Positions 1-12,800 of a stretch of DNA of 64,000 bases are shown one piece after another. The notes beneath the pieces were generated by a model. The model searched no databases. It was not told the origin of the DNA and saw nothing but the letters and a program-made list of their open reading frames with translations. Origin of the DNA: Ruditapes philippinarum (taxonomy: Eukaryota); the NCBI RefSeq assembly GCF_026571515.1, contig NW_026867332.1, forward strand, positions 62,001 through 126,000. Direction: 5' to 3'. The translations under genes and the position numbers were made by a program. Position 1 is the first letter of the stretch, and every line of letters begins with the position of its first letter.

Positions 1-674
1 GAACATTTGAGCCACGTGTGGAGAAATGCCTCAAGGGGTATTCAATTTATAAGGCAACACAAAATTTGTCTTCAAGGGTGACAACATTGACTGAGAACCT
101 GCACAATGGCAGCATTGTTTTTGCTCTTTGCCTTTTTGAGGGGAACACTTTAACAACACACTCTTTACAAAGTACTAACAAGATCCAGTTTACCATTTTT
201 ATTGACATAAAAAATTGAAGCATTCTATCACCTGAATTAAATTGAAATATGCACCTGACACAAATTGTAATCTAATTTAGTTGTCGCTGTTTCACTCACA
301 TATAGTTACATGATACACATTACTATATCTACATTTTTTTGTGAACTTAAAAAGAGCACAATCAATAAATTAATATGTATGAAAATGATCACATCTTTTG
401 AAAAATGTCATTGTTTTGGTTACAACTTCCTAATCAATTAATTTAAGACATACCAAAGTACATGTTAAATCAAATATATAAAAATTTTCATTTAAATATT
501 ATATTGACATTGTTAACTTTCGTGATATTTCATCAAATATACAGTTACAAAAACACTGGTCTTTGGTGGTGGTGGTTGCTATCAGATAAATTGTCTTTCA
601 TCATATATACATATACACATCTATCCTTTGACCACTTGTACAATGTTGTTAAGAACTATCCTATGTAAAATATC

Positions 675-3600
675 TTATTTGGTACTGGTTGAAAATAGAG
701 CTAGAAGTCCAGCTGCTGCCCCAACTGAAAATACATAATTTCTGAGAAAAATGTTAAGGAAAAAAACAACAAATATCAGACAAATATAAACAGCCCCAGG
801 CAATGACCTATCCATATTACTGTCAAAAAATGCTCATTAGATGATGCATAAATACTATCACAACATGATACTGTCTTACTGTGAGCTTGTCATCATAAAA
901 TAAATCATTCAAATATTTTAGTATTTGTTCATATAACTTTAGTGTAAATATTCATCAATTAGGTTATGATTGGGCATCATCCATGGGCGAGTGGTTATGG
1001 TTGTGAACTTCAAAACCAATTGCCCCACACTACACTGGGTTAAAAACCAGACAGGGTCTCTGGACAATTTAATGTAAGGAAGCTTTTCTAGATTACAGAA
1101 TGTGCTACATTTTTTCAGATAAAATGGATTCCTGATGTTCTGCTTCACCAGTAAAGTTGGAAAGTCTCCATATGACCACTACTGTGTTGAACATGACATA
1201 ACCCCTTCTCCCACTCAAATATTATGATAATCATAAAGGTAAAGGATACACATTTGGGTTGAAGTTCTTGAGAACATAAAATGATGAGAGAATCAGCAGC
1301 ACCAGGTAAAAGGCGTTGTTATAGAATATAGAGAATGTTGTCGCCTCGTAGTCTGCTACCTCGTTCTTCTTCCATAAAATCCTAAAATGAAAACACCATT
1401 ATTATCAGTGATAACAATTAACGTTATAAACTTTATTGTGGAAGTTGCAACAGATTTTTTCTATACAACTTCGATGAATAATGTTCACTTACCAAACACA
1501 AGTACAAAGTGGAGTGTTGGCAAAGCGGTTGAAGTGTCTGCTTCTTAATACAGGCACTTTGGGTTTAAATCACAACCATGTTTTCTCATGTGAACCCAGC
1601 AGTAGTTAGTTCCAGAAAATGGACTCAAATAAGCAACAAGCTTTTATTACAATAAAACATAAATTATCTTTGTACAAAGTAAAGAACAAACTTTAGAACA
1701 TCAAAACATTAGTAACAGCCATCAGATAAGTTGACACATTTGAGCATTTGAATAGTATTAGTCAATCCTTTTGATGTATACCAAAGGCTGCAAGCTCTGT
1801 GGTATTTTCTGATCTTTGCAGTATGTATTTTCCTGTATAAGTTTATTTTTATGTAGTACTATAATTCATCTTGCTAGGCACCAGAGTTTGATAGAGTTGC
1901 ATCAAAAAATCATTTATGTTCATTTTTTATGGCAGCCACACTTTATCCTTGCACATCATGGCTACTTCCTTAACAAAGACACTTAAAAAAAATTCAGAAA
2001 AGTTGCCTCGACTTGGATTTGAACTCCAGACCTCTCGCACACTAGACGAGCGCGTTACCACTGCTCCACGGAGAAGTTATGGAAACGATGCCTGAATAAA
2101 ATCTAGTCATTCTAAATTTAGAACTTCCATTGCAATCCTTAATAATTTCGAGGTATTTTGTTCAGGATAAACCTGTTGTTTAAAATTGAAGTAAATAATT
2201 TAGCGAAAATCTTCTCGCCGAAACAGTCCGACATGTAGAATCTATATACATGTATTCCACTACTCTGCAGTCAGATTTATTTGTGTAGTATTCGGTAATC
2301 GAAATCGCTAAAAATAGCATTTTCATTGATTAAAATCAAATTCATCCGCGTAATTTGTGATTGTGCATTTATTGACAATTCTATAAGACAACGCTACTTT
2401 TAAACTTTGAATCCGTTGTAATTTGTCTGATACTTGTAACAAAATAAAAATATTTCTTTCTTTTAAATCGCTAGTTTTAAGCTGTTTTGAGAACTACTTG
2501 CTGTTAGGTTTGTCGTGAAATTCTGTGTCAGAGATTGAATGTCAGCTTTGTATTTACTGACCTTTGGTCAGAAAATACAAAAACAAATTAAGGCAATACC
2601 TTTCATCTTTTTCTTTTTTGTTCATTTTCTTGTCATCAGCTACTTTTTTCATTACTTCCCTGGCAACAGCATCTTCTCGTTTTTGGGCAATCCTGGAATG
2701 TTAAAGAAATTAACTTCAACCGTCAACTATGTTACCACAGTAAGGGAAAGGATTATAATTATTGTCTAGATTGATGGGTTTGAATAAAAGCAACATAATT
2801 AACAAGGCATTGAAGTGTTCAATGTAACATAATGCACTGCATTGAATAATAGTAATATAGGTATTAGAAGCAATTGAAAGAAACAACATTCAAGGGAAAC
2901 CATCAGAGAAATAATAACTAAATGTTAAAACACTTTACGGAAAAAATACTATTGCAAACTTCTGAAACAAACTCTTGATAAAAATGCATAGATAAACATC
3001 CATTGAAAATTTATGAAATATCTGAAAGAATGCTTTTAATCAACTGATTTTTGTAATTTCAATATAAAGACAAGTATACTCACTTATGTTTAAGAACAAA
3101 CTTGACATTTTTGTAAGCAAAGGCAACAAGGTATGTACTGATGAGAGTGCCAACAGCAAATAAAATGCCTGACTGGTACAAGTCCATTTGATGAATCCTC
3201 CAGTACAACCCTGAAAAAAATATTTTAGAAAATTTAAGCATGTTCCTTTATATTTGATTGATAGTGGCTGTGCTGTAATTAGCAGGTCTTTGATTTCATG
3301 ATATTTCATGGATTGTCTAAAGATTTATAGTTTTTTCAATCCATAAATTTACATATATATTCAAGGAAGTGGCAAGCCGTATGGGCCCGTACGGCTAGCC
3401 AAAAGTTCTAGCCGTACGTCAGTCACGTAAGACTAGCAAGGACACACTGTATTGGCTAGTCGTACGGCATTTTCAAAATTAGATGGAAGTCGAAAATGCA
3501 TATGTTATTTTATGACTTTAAGCGAGGAATTTAACTAAGACACAGCAATTGTCTTTGTATGTTTACTTTTTAGAGATTAATCGCCTTGTTGGCTACAGTA

Positions 3601-6455
3601 AAAAAATACGAATCTATTTGTCATCTCAAAACGTTGAGAAAAAAATAGCGTTTGATCGCAGTTAAATAACATCAATTGAAATAGTTTACAAAATTTTGAT
3701 GTTGATGATAGTCCGTTTTTGTTTAGTTAAGTTTAATTTTCGACACCTTTAAAATGAACAAGAGCTGTCGGTAGGACAGCAACGCTCGACTATTCTTAGT
3801 GCTTGATAGAAAAAAAAAGGCTTGATACAGTTACCTCCTCCTGTTTACAGGTTGGGGTCATGATGGTGAACAAGTGTGCAAAGTTTTAAAGCCATATATC
3901 AATGGACTTTGAAAATAATTGAACTATTACAAAAACTTTAACGTAAATTCTAAGTCGAAAAAGGGGCATTATCCTGTCAAAATGCTTGATAGAGTTACCT
4001 CCTCCTGTTTACAGGTTGGGGTCATGATGGTGATTAAGTGTGCAAAGTTTCAAAGCCATATGTCAATGGACTTTGAAAATATTTGAACTATTACAAAAAC
4101 TTTAACGTAAATTCTAAGTCGAAAAAGGAGCATAATTCTGTCAAAATGCTTGATAGAGTTACCTCCTCTTGTCTACAGGTTGGGGTCATGATGGTGAACA
4201 AGTGTGCAAACTTTCAAAGCCATATGTCAATGGACTTTGAAAATATTTGAACTATTACAAAAACTTTAACGTAAATTCTAAGTCGAAAAAGGGGCATAAT
4301 TCTGTCAAAATGCTTGATAGAGTTACCTCCTCCTGTCTACAGGTTGGGGTCATGATGGTGAACAAGTGTGCAAAGTTTCAAAGCCGTATGTCTATGGACT
4401 TTGAAATATTTGAACTATTACAAAAACTTTAACATAAGTGGTTACGCGGACGCCGACGCCGACGCTCGGGTGACTGCAATAGCTCTACTTATTCTTATCG
4501 AATAGTCGAGCTAAAAATTATTGTTGTTGGGATCTGATAATTGCGTCAATTACCGACGGTATAGATATTAAAATTCTATTGTAAGTCCCTGGGTAGGCTT
4601 TAATTAAGACTTATTAATTAATTGATTGTGCTTTTATGTCCGATATTTATCTACTGTATTTGAAAATTATACAATTATTTTTGCATTTTACTGAGTTTTT
4701 TTTCAATGTTCTTTTTATATATTCCATTCCGATCATTATTTATTCGATCCATGTGCTTAATTAACAAAAATTCACCTTTCATACAATTAAAACAACAAAT
4801 CATAATCATGAGGCACAAAATAACATATGCATGTTCGACTTCCATATAATTTTGAAAAGTGCCCGTACGGCTAGCCACTTCCTATATTCAATGTGAAAAA
4901 AATTTCCTTTTTTAGTTTAAATAATACTATAATCAGCAGCTTTAGATGAGCTGTCTTACTGATCGATTACATCACAGGAGCCTGAAGTTATATCAAAAAC
5001 AAAAAAATAACGATTTAAAAAAAAATCCCATATATATACTATAAAAAACACAAGGAAGGCAACAACATTTCCCCACCCACCGCTACATTTACAAGGAATA
5101 TTTATAAAAACGCCTTGGATTTACTTCCGAACACTTTTAATCAATAAAGCACATTAAAATCTTTCAGAAACACTGTTTACTCTTATCAACTATCCAACTT
5201 TTACGCCAATTGAATGAATTTATCACTGCTCTTCTCCCATCGTCGGTTCCATTGCCAGTTCTGCGCTAAATTCCGTCATACCGTTATTGACCGGTCTTTG
5301 TAGATACCGAAATTCTTTCCAAAACAAAAAAAAATAAGAACGATTTAAATAAAAATCCTATATTTATAATAGTATTTATAATATGGGACTTTTATTTAAA
5401 TCGTTCTTTTTCGTTTTTGATAGAATTTCGGGATCTACAAAAACCAGTCAATGACGGTATGACGGAATTTAGCGCAGAACTGGCAATGGAACCGACGATG
5501 GGAGAAGAGCAGTGATAAATTCATTCAATTGGCGTAAAAGTTGGATAGTTGATAAGAGTAATCAGTGTTTCTGATAGATTTTAATGTGCTTTATTGATTA
5601 AAAGTGCTCGGAAGTAAATCCCAGGCGTTTTTATAAATATTCCTTGTAAATGTAGCGGTGGGTGGGGAAATGTTGTTGCCTTCCTTGTGTTTTTTATAGT
5701 ATATATATGGGAAATTTTTTTAAATCGTTATTTTTTTGTTTTTGATATAATTTCAGGCTCCTGTGATTACATTTTACCAAAAAAGGTAATGAGGCTTTAC
5801 AAAGGTATTTGAAATGATTTTGAAAAAAGTGAAAATAGAAAGTCATCAAATTGCTCTGAATCTTACCATACTGTTGCATTTAATCATACAATAAGTTATT
5901 CAGTAACCTTATTCTAACTACATTAGTTTTGAATTTCAAGAAAACTTATACTATTTCCATACTTCATGTCTGTAAATTTACAGATAAAAAAAGTCTATAA
6001 AAATAATGGACGGTCCAAAAATTTACGCTACTCGGACTGTCCATAAATATCATGTATTCCTAGATGTGAGTAGAAAATGGTTCACAATGATGGTTGGAAG
6101 TGGTGTACTAGTACTGTAAAATTATCATTGAAATTGAACGATTCTAAAACTTGCATTGGTGCGCAGTAAAACCAAACAAACAAAAAGATACATTTCACAA
6201 TCTTAAAATTTAAAAGAAACATGTTCTTACAATTAAAATCCTATTACCCCACCCACCAGTATCCTGCCTACGTGGCAAAACTCGGTCAACTTAAATATAA
6301 TTTTACTCAAACTTACAAATGGGGATGGCTGAAACTATCAACGCATTTCCATAAAATAGTGCCGAAGACTTCGTTGAAACGTTTCTGCTGAAATCTTGAA
6401 GCAGCAATTCCTCTTCTTTTGTTAAATTTTTCTGTTTTGTGCTTTTGGATGCCAT
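675..6455 (-). CDS. SSR3: Translocon-associated protein subunit gamma (TRAP-gamma), 5 coding exons, 185 aa
   Basis: Exons 6455-6317, 3210-3084, 2692-2600, 1381-1250, 741-675. All introns are GT-AG with compatible phases; 558 nt total. Translation [56 protein letters not shown]...[26 protein letters not shown]...[28 protein letters not shown]...[11 protein letters not shown] closely matches SSR3. Absent from the ORF track. Confidence 0.97.
975..1205 (+). mobile_element. Degenerate tRNA-derived SINE in SSR3 intron 4
   Basis: A-box-like head (ggcgagtggttatgg), decayed B-box, and a 3' region (gttggaaagtctccatatgacc) resembling bivalve SINEs. Boundaries approximate. Confidence 0.5.
1515..1670 (+). 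mobile_element. Degenerate SINE related to the copy at 41350-43060
   Basis: tRNA-like head, then agttagttccagaaaatggactc...aataagc...agctttt...acaat, similar to 42965-43050. Confidence 0.45.
2004..2075 (-). pseudogene. tRNA-Thr(AGT)-like sequence (tRNA pseudogene or SINE head)
   Basis: Reverse strand CCGTGGAGCAGTGGTAACGCG-CTCGT-CTAGTGT-GCGAG-AGGTCTGGAGTTCAAATCCAAG has A box, anticodon arm and B box. The acceptor stem does not pair, so it is not a functional tRNA. Confidence 0.55.
3365..4882. mobile_element. Non-autonomous MULE-like DNA transposon
   Basis: Terminal inverted repeats GGAAGTGGCAAGCCGTATGGGC / GCCCGTACGGCTAGCCACTTCC, flanked by an exact 9-bp target-site duplication TATATTCAA (3356-3364, 4883-4891). 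Confidence 0.85.
3757..4517 (+). mobile_element. Helentron-associated (HINE-like) element with a 164-bp internal tandem array, nested in the MULE
   Basis: Terminal hairpin gctgtc-ggtag-gacagc; subterminal inverted repeat GCTCGACTATTC (3784) / GAATAGTCGAGC (4500); core units at 3820, 3984, 4148, 4312; (GACGCC)n microsatellite; A-rich ends. Confidence 0.85.
4973..5765. mobile_element. Foldback (palindromic) MITE of ~790 bp
   Basis: Left arm 4973-~5360 is a near-perfect reverse complement of ~5380-5765. Termini CACAGGAG...CTCCTGTG are flanked by the direct repeat ATTACAT (4966-4972, 5766-5772). Confidence 0.9.
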
Positions 6456-6526
6456 CTTGCCGGTGTAAAGGAAAAAGTCAGAGTGACACCAAATGAACGG
6501 TGCGTAATATTCCCTATCCGTGATAT

Positions 6527-6536
6527 GAAACGAAAC
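6527..6536 (+). promoter_or_regulatory. ISRE/IRF-binding-like motif GAAACGAAAC
   Basis: Reverse complement GTTTCGTTTC is the core of OAS/Mx-type ISREs. It lies in the SSR3 / CARD-gene divergent promoter. Function is inferred. Confidence 0.5.
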
Positions 6537-6742
6537 GTAGCGGTACGACCTACCTCTTGTTAGAACGTCTTGAGTGAGGGTTCGAGTGAACTTGACATTC
6601 TCAAAATGATTTTACACTTTAACTTAAAGTAGTCATTTTTAGATATTTTGTATTTGCTTTGTCTGTATAAACACATAGCGAAAATTCAGCTGGCTAATTC
6701 CAAATTTAGAATGCGGATCAAGGTCGGCGGATCAATTGCAGT

Positions 6743-6753
6743 GGGAATTCCCC
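6743..6753. promoter_or_regulatory. NF-kB (kB) site GGGAATTCCCC
   Basis: Palindromic match to GGGRNWYYCC, ~150 bp upstream of the CARD gene ATG at 6899. Confidence 0.6.
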
Positions 6754-6898
6754 ATAAATTTCCGTTGTTGATCTAGATCGAAAGTGGTTATACCTCCTTT
6801 CTTTTAAATATGTCAGGAAAATGTAATATACTGGTAAATTGCAATGCATTTTTTCAACACTTACTCGTACATGTGTAACTGTGCTGCTTTGGTTCGAT

Positions 6899-9800
6899 AT
6901 GTGTACTGCCGCGGATAGTTTTCAACAAGACTTAGTGGAGAAAAAGGTCTTGGAATATAGAACACAGTTATGTCGGGTTATAAACGCTCCGAACGTATTG
7001 CGCTGGATGCCAGGTTTTCTCTCGACAGGTACATATACACTTGTAAATGACTTCCATGCAATGTTAATAATTTCACAGGACAAATGAAACTAAATATAGA
7101 ATATGGATAGCTCATCAGTTGATGCACATATTTTTATTGGGAAACCAAGAAATAAGTTAAATCCGTGGTTACATTCACGCGAAAAAGTGGTTGTGGTGTT
7201 GGGAGGTTTCAAGTAGGGCCTATAAGTGATTAAGCCACAATGAATTTACCAGAGGACAGTTAATGCAGCCACCGCACCTTTCCTGGGCATGCTGTCATGA
7301 ATTGAAAACAGTTTACATCCGCTTCTGCACTTAGCTAGTGCGAATGACCGTAGAAAGGATTTCATGACTAATCAAAAAACGAAAGTAGGTCACTTTGCAC
7401 GTACCGTCCGGGAATCGGACCCGGGTCGCCCAATTCAGAGTCCAACACCATTGAGCTAACCAGACTGCTGTATTAAAAATGAAGACCCATGTATTACCTA
7501 TCTATCTATATTTCGTCACACTGAATAAATTTAATAGGGGTGGTTCGGCGCAATATAAATATAACTATCCGAGCCCCTGAGGGTCAAGTAAGTTCGGGAT
7601 TATTAAATCATTTCAACAACAGCTGTAAAGTTCTATCCTGTTTATATACTGATCCAATCTTCAAATAAGGTTGTTACAACAAGTAGATTCGATAAGTACA
7701 AACCAACACTCTGAAATAAGTATATATATAACAATATGTAAATATAAAGTAAAATAAAGTAGAAACAATGCATTACATCTGGAATATACGATAATATCGT
7801 ATGTCCCAGATTACATGAATAAATAATTCATATCTTATGTTCTAATCTAGAACATAATCAATTACATGTCTAGTGGCCAATTTAGTTCTTTACACTCAGC
7901 AACAGTCCTTAAATATAATATCATAGCTTATGGAATTATACACACAATTAAGATATTTTACCTTTTAAACAATACACAATACATCGCACATGTAACTTAC
8001 CATCTGAGGGATGAGTGCAGTACATCAATCTAATTATTACCTCTCTGACTATCACACCAGTGACTGTTAAAATTTAAGTTACATTAAATAAATTTCATAA
8101 AAAAACTAAATAGCGACAATTCATTAATAAATTGGGTTTTATATCGACTCCAGGTCTTATTTTGGTGTCCAAACAACCAAAATGAGTTTTATTAGCATAA
8201 AAATAGGTAACCTCATTGTGGCGAAATGGAAAATACAATTTCTGTTTGCATGAGAAACTCCGCCTTCGGATCATCCGTACATCAATATTAAATCAACAAA
8301 CATGACTATTAGCGGCAGTCCTAATTTAACGGTATATTTCCGCATTGTAACGGATGTTTTCATACAAATTTAATCTTTTTACGAGATTATTACTTTTACT
8401 GAACCCCAGGTTTAGTGCACCGTGAAGCTTTAACGGTTAAAGTGTGTTTGCACAAGAAAATATCACATTTGCTGTGCTCCGGATAGCAACTAAAAAACTG
8501 TGACGTAGTGCATGCACGAGCTCATTATAGTCTTCATTTGCATGTTAAAATTCGTATACGAACTTTAGCGGTACCGTGGGGTTTCCCGTTTAAAATCCTA
8601 ATTTATGAACAATGTTTGATGAGATTTACAACAATACTATTAAACAGGTTAATGAAACTGTAGAATGTTTGATTTTTAGGCCGACGGCAAAATATTTTTA
8701 CATATTTATTTAATGTAACTTTAACTGTAAGGTTAAATATTAATAGTGAATAAAAGATGAAAGGTGATTTGATAGATACATGTCATTCTGAAACTCATAC
8801 TTATTTACAAAATTCACAATCAATGGACTGAACCAAAATAGAACAGAATCACAATAATGCAATTCTACATATTTACAATAAAGCATTTAGCAGCAGTCAG
8901 GATAAATACATACCAACTTAGGAAATAAAGAACTTGACCACAAACACTATTTTTTCTAACCTCTCTCCTTTACAACATAACAAAGACACAATGACTTTTT
9001 CCCACCAAGAAATTACATGACATAAAAATAGCTTAAAATCAATGATCCGTGAACAAGTCATTTGAATTCTTAGAATACTGACCAATGTAAACATAAAATA
9101 AAATCAGTTAAAACCAATAGAGTAATCTCCCTTGAAAGGTATCAGACAAGACCGACGGATTTGTCTCCCTTTGCAAAATTATAAAATCCAACAGTAAAGC
9201 AAGAGTATTGTCCCTTAGACCTGATCCTAAAAATAAGACCCTGTTACATAAACACACATTATTTTAATGCAAACAATCCAGCTCTCGTCGTGTTTTATCT
9301 TAATTAGAGTACGCTTTCTTTGGTAGATGCGTTTCTTTTCTTTTTCTTGTACTTTTCAGACCTTTTTTACTTTTCAGAGTTTAAATGATTGACATTGAAT
9401 TATTTTTTATAGTTTATAATGAAATGAGCATATTTATTTGCATTGCATGACTTTTATCAACTTTAATTATAGCGGATGAGAGAGAAATTGAATCAGTAGA
9501 TTTACAATCGCATGAACGGGCAGCTTTCATTCTCCTTAAGCAAATTTCTGCATGCATTGGATCGGGAAAATGGGAGGCATTTCTCGAAGCTCTAAGGAGG
9601 GCAGGTAAATTGTTTTTAAATAAGTCAATTATAAAAAAACCAACACATTTCTATACGTAGATCGAGGATACTTGTAATTCTAAAGAAAAACGGCTAATTA
9701 TCAATGCCTTAACGTCCTTAAACTTTTCAACAATTTTGACAAGTTTTTTTATCCGATTTCCAAAGTTCATGCTTCTTATTATTTTCTTAATCTCATGCAC

Positions 9801-12800
9801 GCATATGTTATATTTAAACTCGAAAAACATTCAGTTTTAGATAGGGATATACAGCTAGTTAATTGTTTCACTTTACTTGATTCATCATCGTTTATATTTT
9901 CTTCAATACAGAATACCCATATTTGGTATCTTTATTGGTTTCAAATCAAACTCCAGAACAATGTAATCATCAAAAGAAGATCTTGCAAATTTTTGCGCCA
10001 TATTTGGAATTACAGATAGAGCCATGTGACCTCATTACACATTTCTTTTCGTCAAATCTGATCAATAAAAGTGACATGGAAGAAATACAGGTAAACTAAT
10101 AGTACATATAGCACAATAGCACATGCATATTAGATCTAGGCTTGAACCGAAGACATGCATCCAAATTAGAACATACGAAATATATAGTTTAATTGGTACC
10201 ATATGTGTTTAAATCTGTACACATATGTTTAAATTTGTAATAGTGTAATAAAAAAGTACACAATTTCTTAATGCGAAAGCTAGGACTCTTTGCACCGTCT
10301 TCATATTTTGCAAGTTAGTGGCGATTATTATAAAAAATCAATTGAATAACGTACACAATGAAATTACAACTGCATTTAAAAGAACTTCAAAACTTTATAT
10401 GAAACGCCATGCACTTCTTTGCAATTATAGGCATGCCAAAGGAGTCGAGGCTCTGTTGCTGCGACGATATTGATGTTAGATTGCATACAGCGTCGACAGG
10501 CACCATCTAAGTGGTACACTGGTTTCCTTAAGATTCTTTATCAGAAAGGATTCAAAGATATTGTTCATGAGATGGAGCCTGAGTTTAGTCTCGATTGTGA
10601 AATATTGAAGATACCGAAGCTTCTAGTCACTGGTTTGTTATCCTGATTTTTTTTCCAATTGAAGTTAAAAGATAGATGAACAGACGTACAGACCGAATGC
10701 GGTGTTTTACCATAACCTGTTCAATCCATTTACAAAACACTCAAAAATATCCAAAAATAGTGAAAATCATTGAAAGCAATTCAACACCGTAAAATGATAG
10801 TTTGACAAGCTAAGTTCGCTCGTGTCTGATTCGGTCGCTAATTAGCCAATTAAGGGAATCCACAATCATGGCAAACTGTACGTAACATATAAAGATGGTT
10901 AGGTACTACACATTTTTTAGAACTTAAAACACCCAGCCTTGTAAGAATACAACTACTCACAATTGTTTTCCATAATAAGGTATTTTATTTAGTCTTACTC
11001 TGATCCCCTGTGCTTTAAATGTCTATTTCATAACCTTTCAAAGCTGTATCATGTACATAATTAACACTTCAATTTAAGATACATCCGATTCAGACATAGA
11101 CACAGATGAGTATGGTTGCTCCATAGAGGAGAAAATTGAAGCCAAAGTTAGATACTTTCAGTCTGAAATTACAGAACTTCTTAGCGTTGAAAAGATTGCA
11201 CCAGCCCTGTGTCAGTTGATTAGTTTAGGTATGTATGATTTATGATGGTATAACACTTTTTTGTTGCTTGGTAAAGTTATAATCTGATCTTACGTAATGA
11301 TGTCTTAAATACACGTGACTGTCGATTTAAATAAAAATTTGGTGGGGCTAATTATGTGATAACATATGTCAACTTTAATATCTTTATCAAATTTAATTTA
11401 GGTAAGATTTGTCGAATAATGCAAGATCAATTTTCTTCGAAAAAAGAGTCTATCGACAGTTTAATCGAAGAAATCATCAAATTGAGGAGCAAGACAAAAT
11501 GGAGGACATTTATCTGCTGCCTGAAAGAATCTGGTAAACTCTTATTCTCAAGAAATACAATGTATTCGTAACCATTTAGATGAACGAATCCTCCGGTATT
11601 TATTTGAAATATATACACACAAGTCATTCCAGGAAAGAACTATGAGACGTGCACAAACTCATACATGTCTTGTGATATTAAAAGAAGACGACACACAGTT
11701 TTCTCTTAAATTACTATTAGAATCAATGGACTAATGCTCTCTTTGTACAAAAATAGTGTTAACTCGTGTTCTTATTTCTAATAAAGGGCATTATTATTTA
11801 CGTTCCCTCAGCAGCTTAGTTAATGCACTGGCAGTGAAACATTCGACCGATGCGCATGGGAGTAGGGTAGACATTATTATGAAAGTCATCGATCTAAATT
11901 TTGCTCTTTTTTTATTCTTATGTAAATTTCATACCCTCGTGCCCTAGCTAGGTAATCCCCACATTTAATTTACCGGATCGATTTTCTGTTTCCTTGGTTT
12001 TTATTAACAAACTTATTTGGCTCATATAGCTTGAACTTTACTTTTATTTATTCAGTTGTTGTTTTGTTGAATTATTTTATTGCTGTTGTTTTAGATTATC
12101 CACACTTAGCAGAACTTTTATCCAAACCGCGAACGAACAAATGTCAAAGTAAAGAGAAAGCTGTATTAAGATTGTTTCAGCCAGTACTTGGAGAGCAACT
12201 TGAACCTATTGATCTTATATCACATCTTGAAAAAGATAATGCAATAAATCATCGAGATAAAGAGGAAGTACTCAAAACTCTTCATCAATCTGGAAAGACA
12301 GCCGCTTCCTTAGTTCTTATTGATTGTGTACAATGTCGATTGGCGCCTGCACAATGGTATAGTGCCTTTTTGAAAGCGCTTCATGCATGTAACCGAGATG
12401 ATCTTGTGGAAATAATAGATCCTGAGTATTTCAAGAAATACATGTATGATAGTTCCGGTAAGTTCTGCTTTAACAATATAATTATATCAATACTGCAAAA
12501 TATTTTAAAACAAAAGAGAAAAAGAATAAAAGAAGATTTAATCATTGACATGATTTTGAATCGCAATTTCTTAGCTCTTTATGTGAAACTGGATAAGGAC
12601 TTTTACTGTGAATCGACGAGGTGTACGCAATCACCAATATGTTTATTAACGTATTTTATTGGACAAAAAAAATACAATGTCTTTATTAAATGCAAACGCG
12701 TTTCGTAATCAGTTTTCCATTTTCAGTTTAATTCTATCATTTTTGATTTAACAACTAACTGTTTTTAAATATTTCAAATTCGTTCTTATTGTTTGCAGAA

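Noticed and set aside
2004-2075. Functional tRNA-Thr gene
   Set aside because: The acceptor stem is unpaired; treated as a tRNA-derived repeat.
12458-12708. Read-through of CARD exon 7 giving a CARD-only isoform with KQKRKRIK
   Set aside because: A strong GTAAGT donor at 12458 and an in-phase next exon explain the structure. There is no sequence evidence for intron retention.
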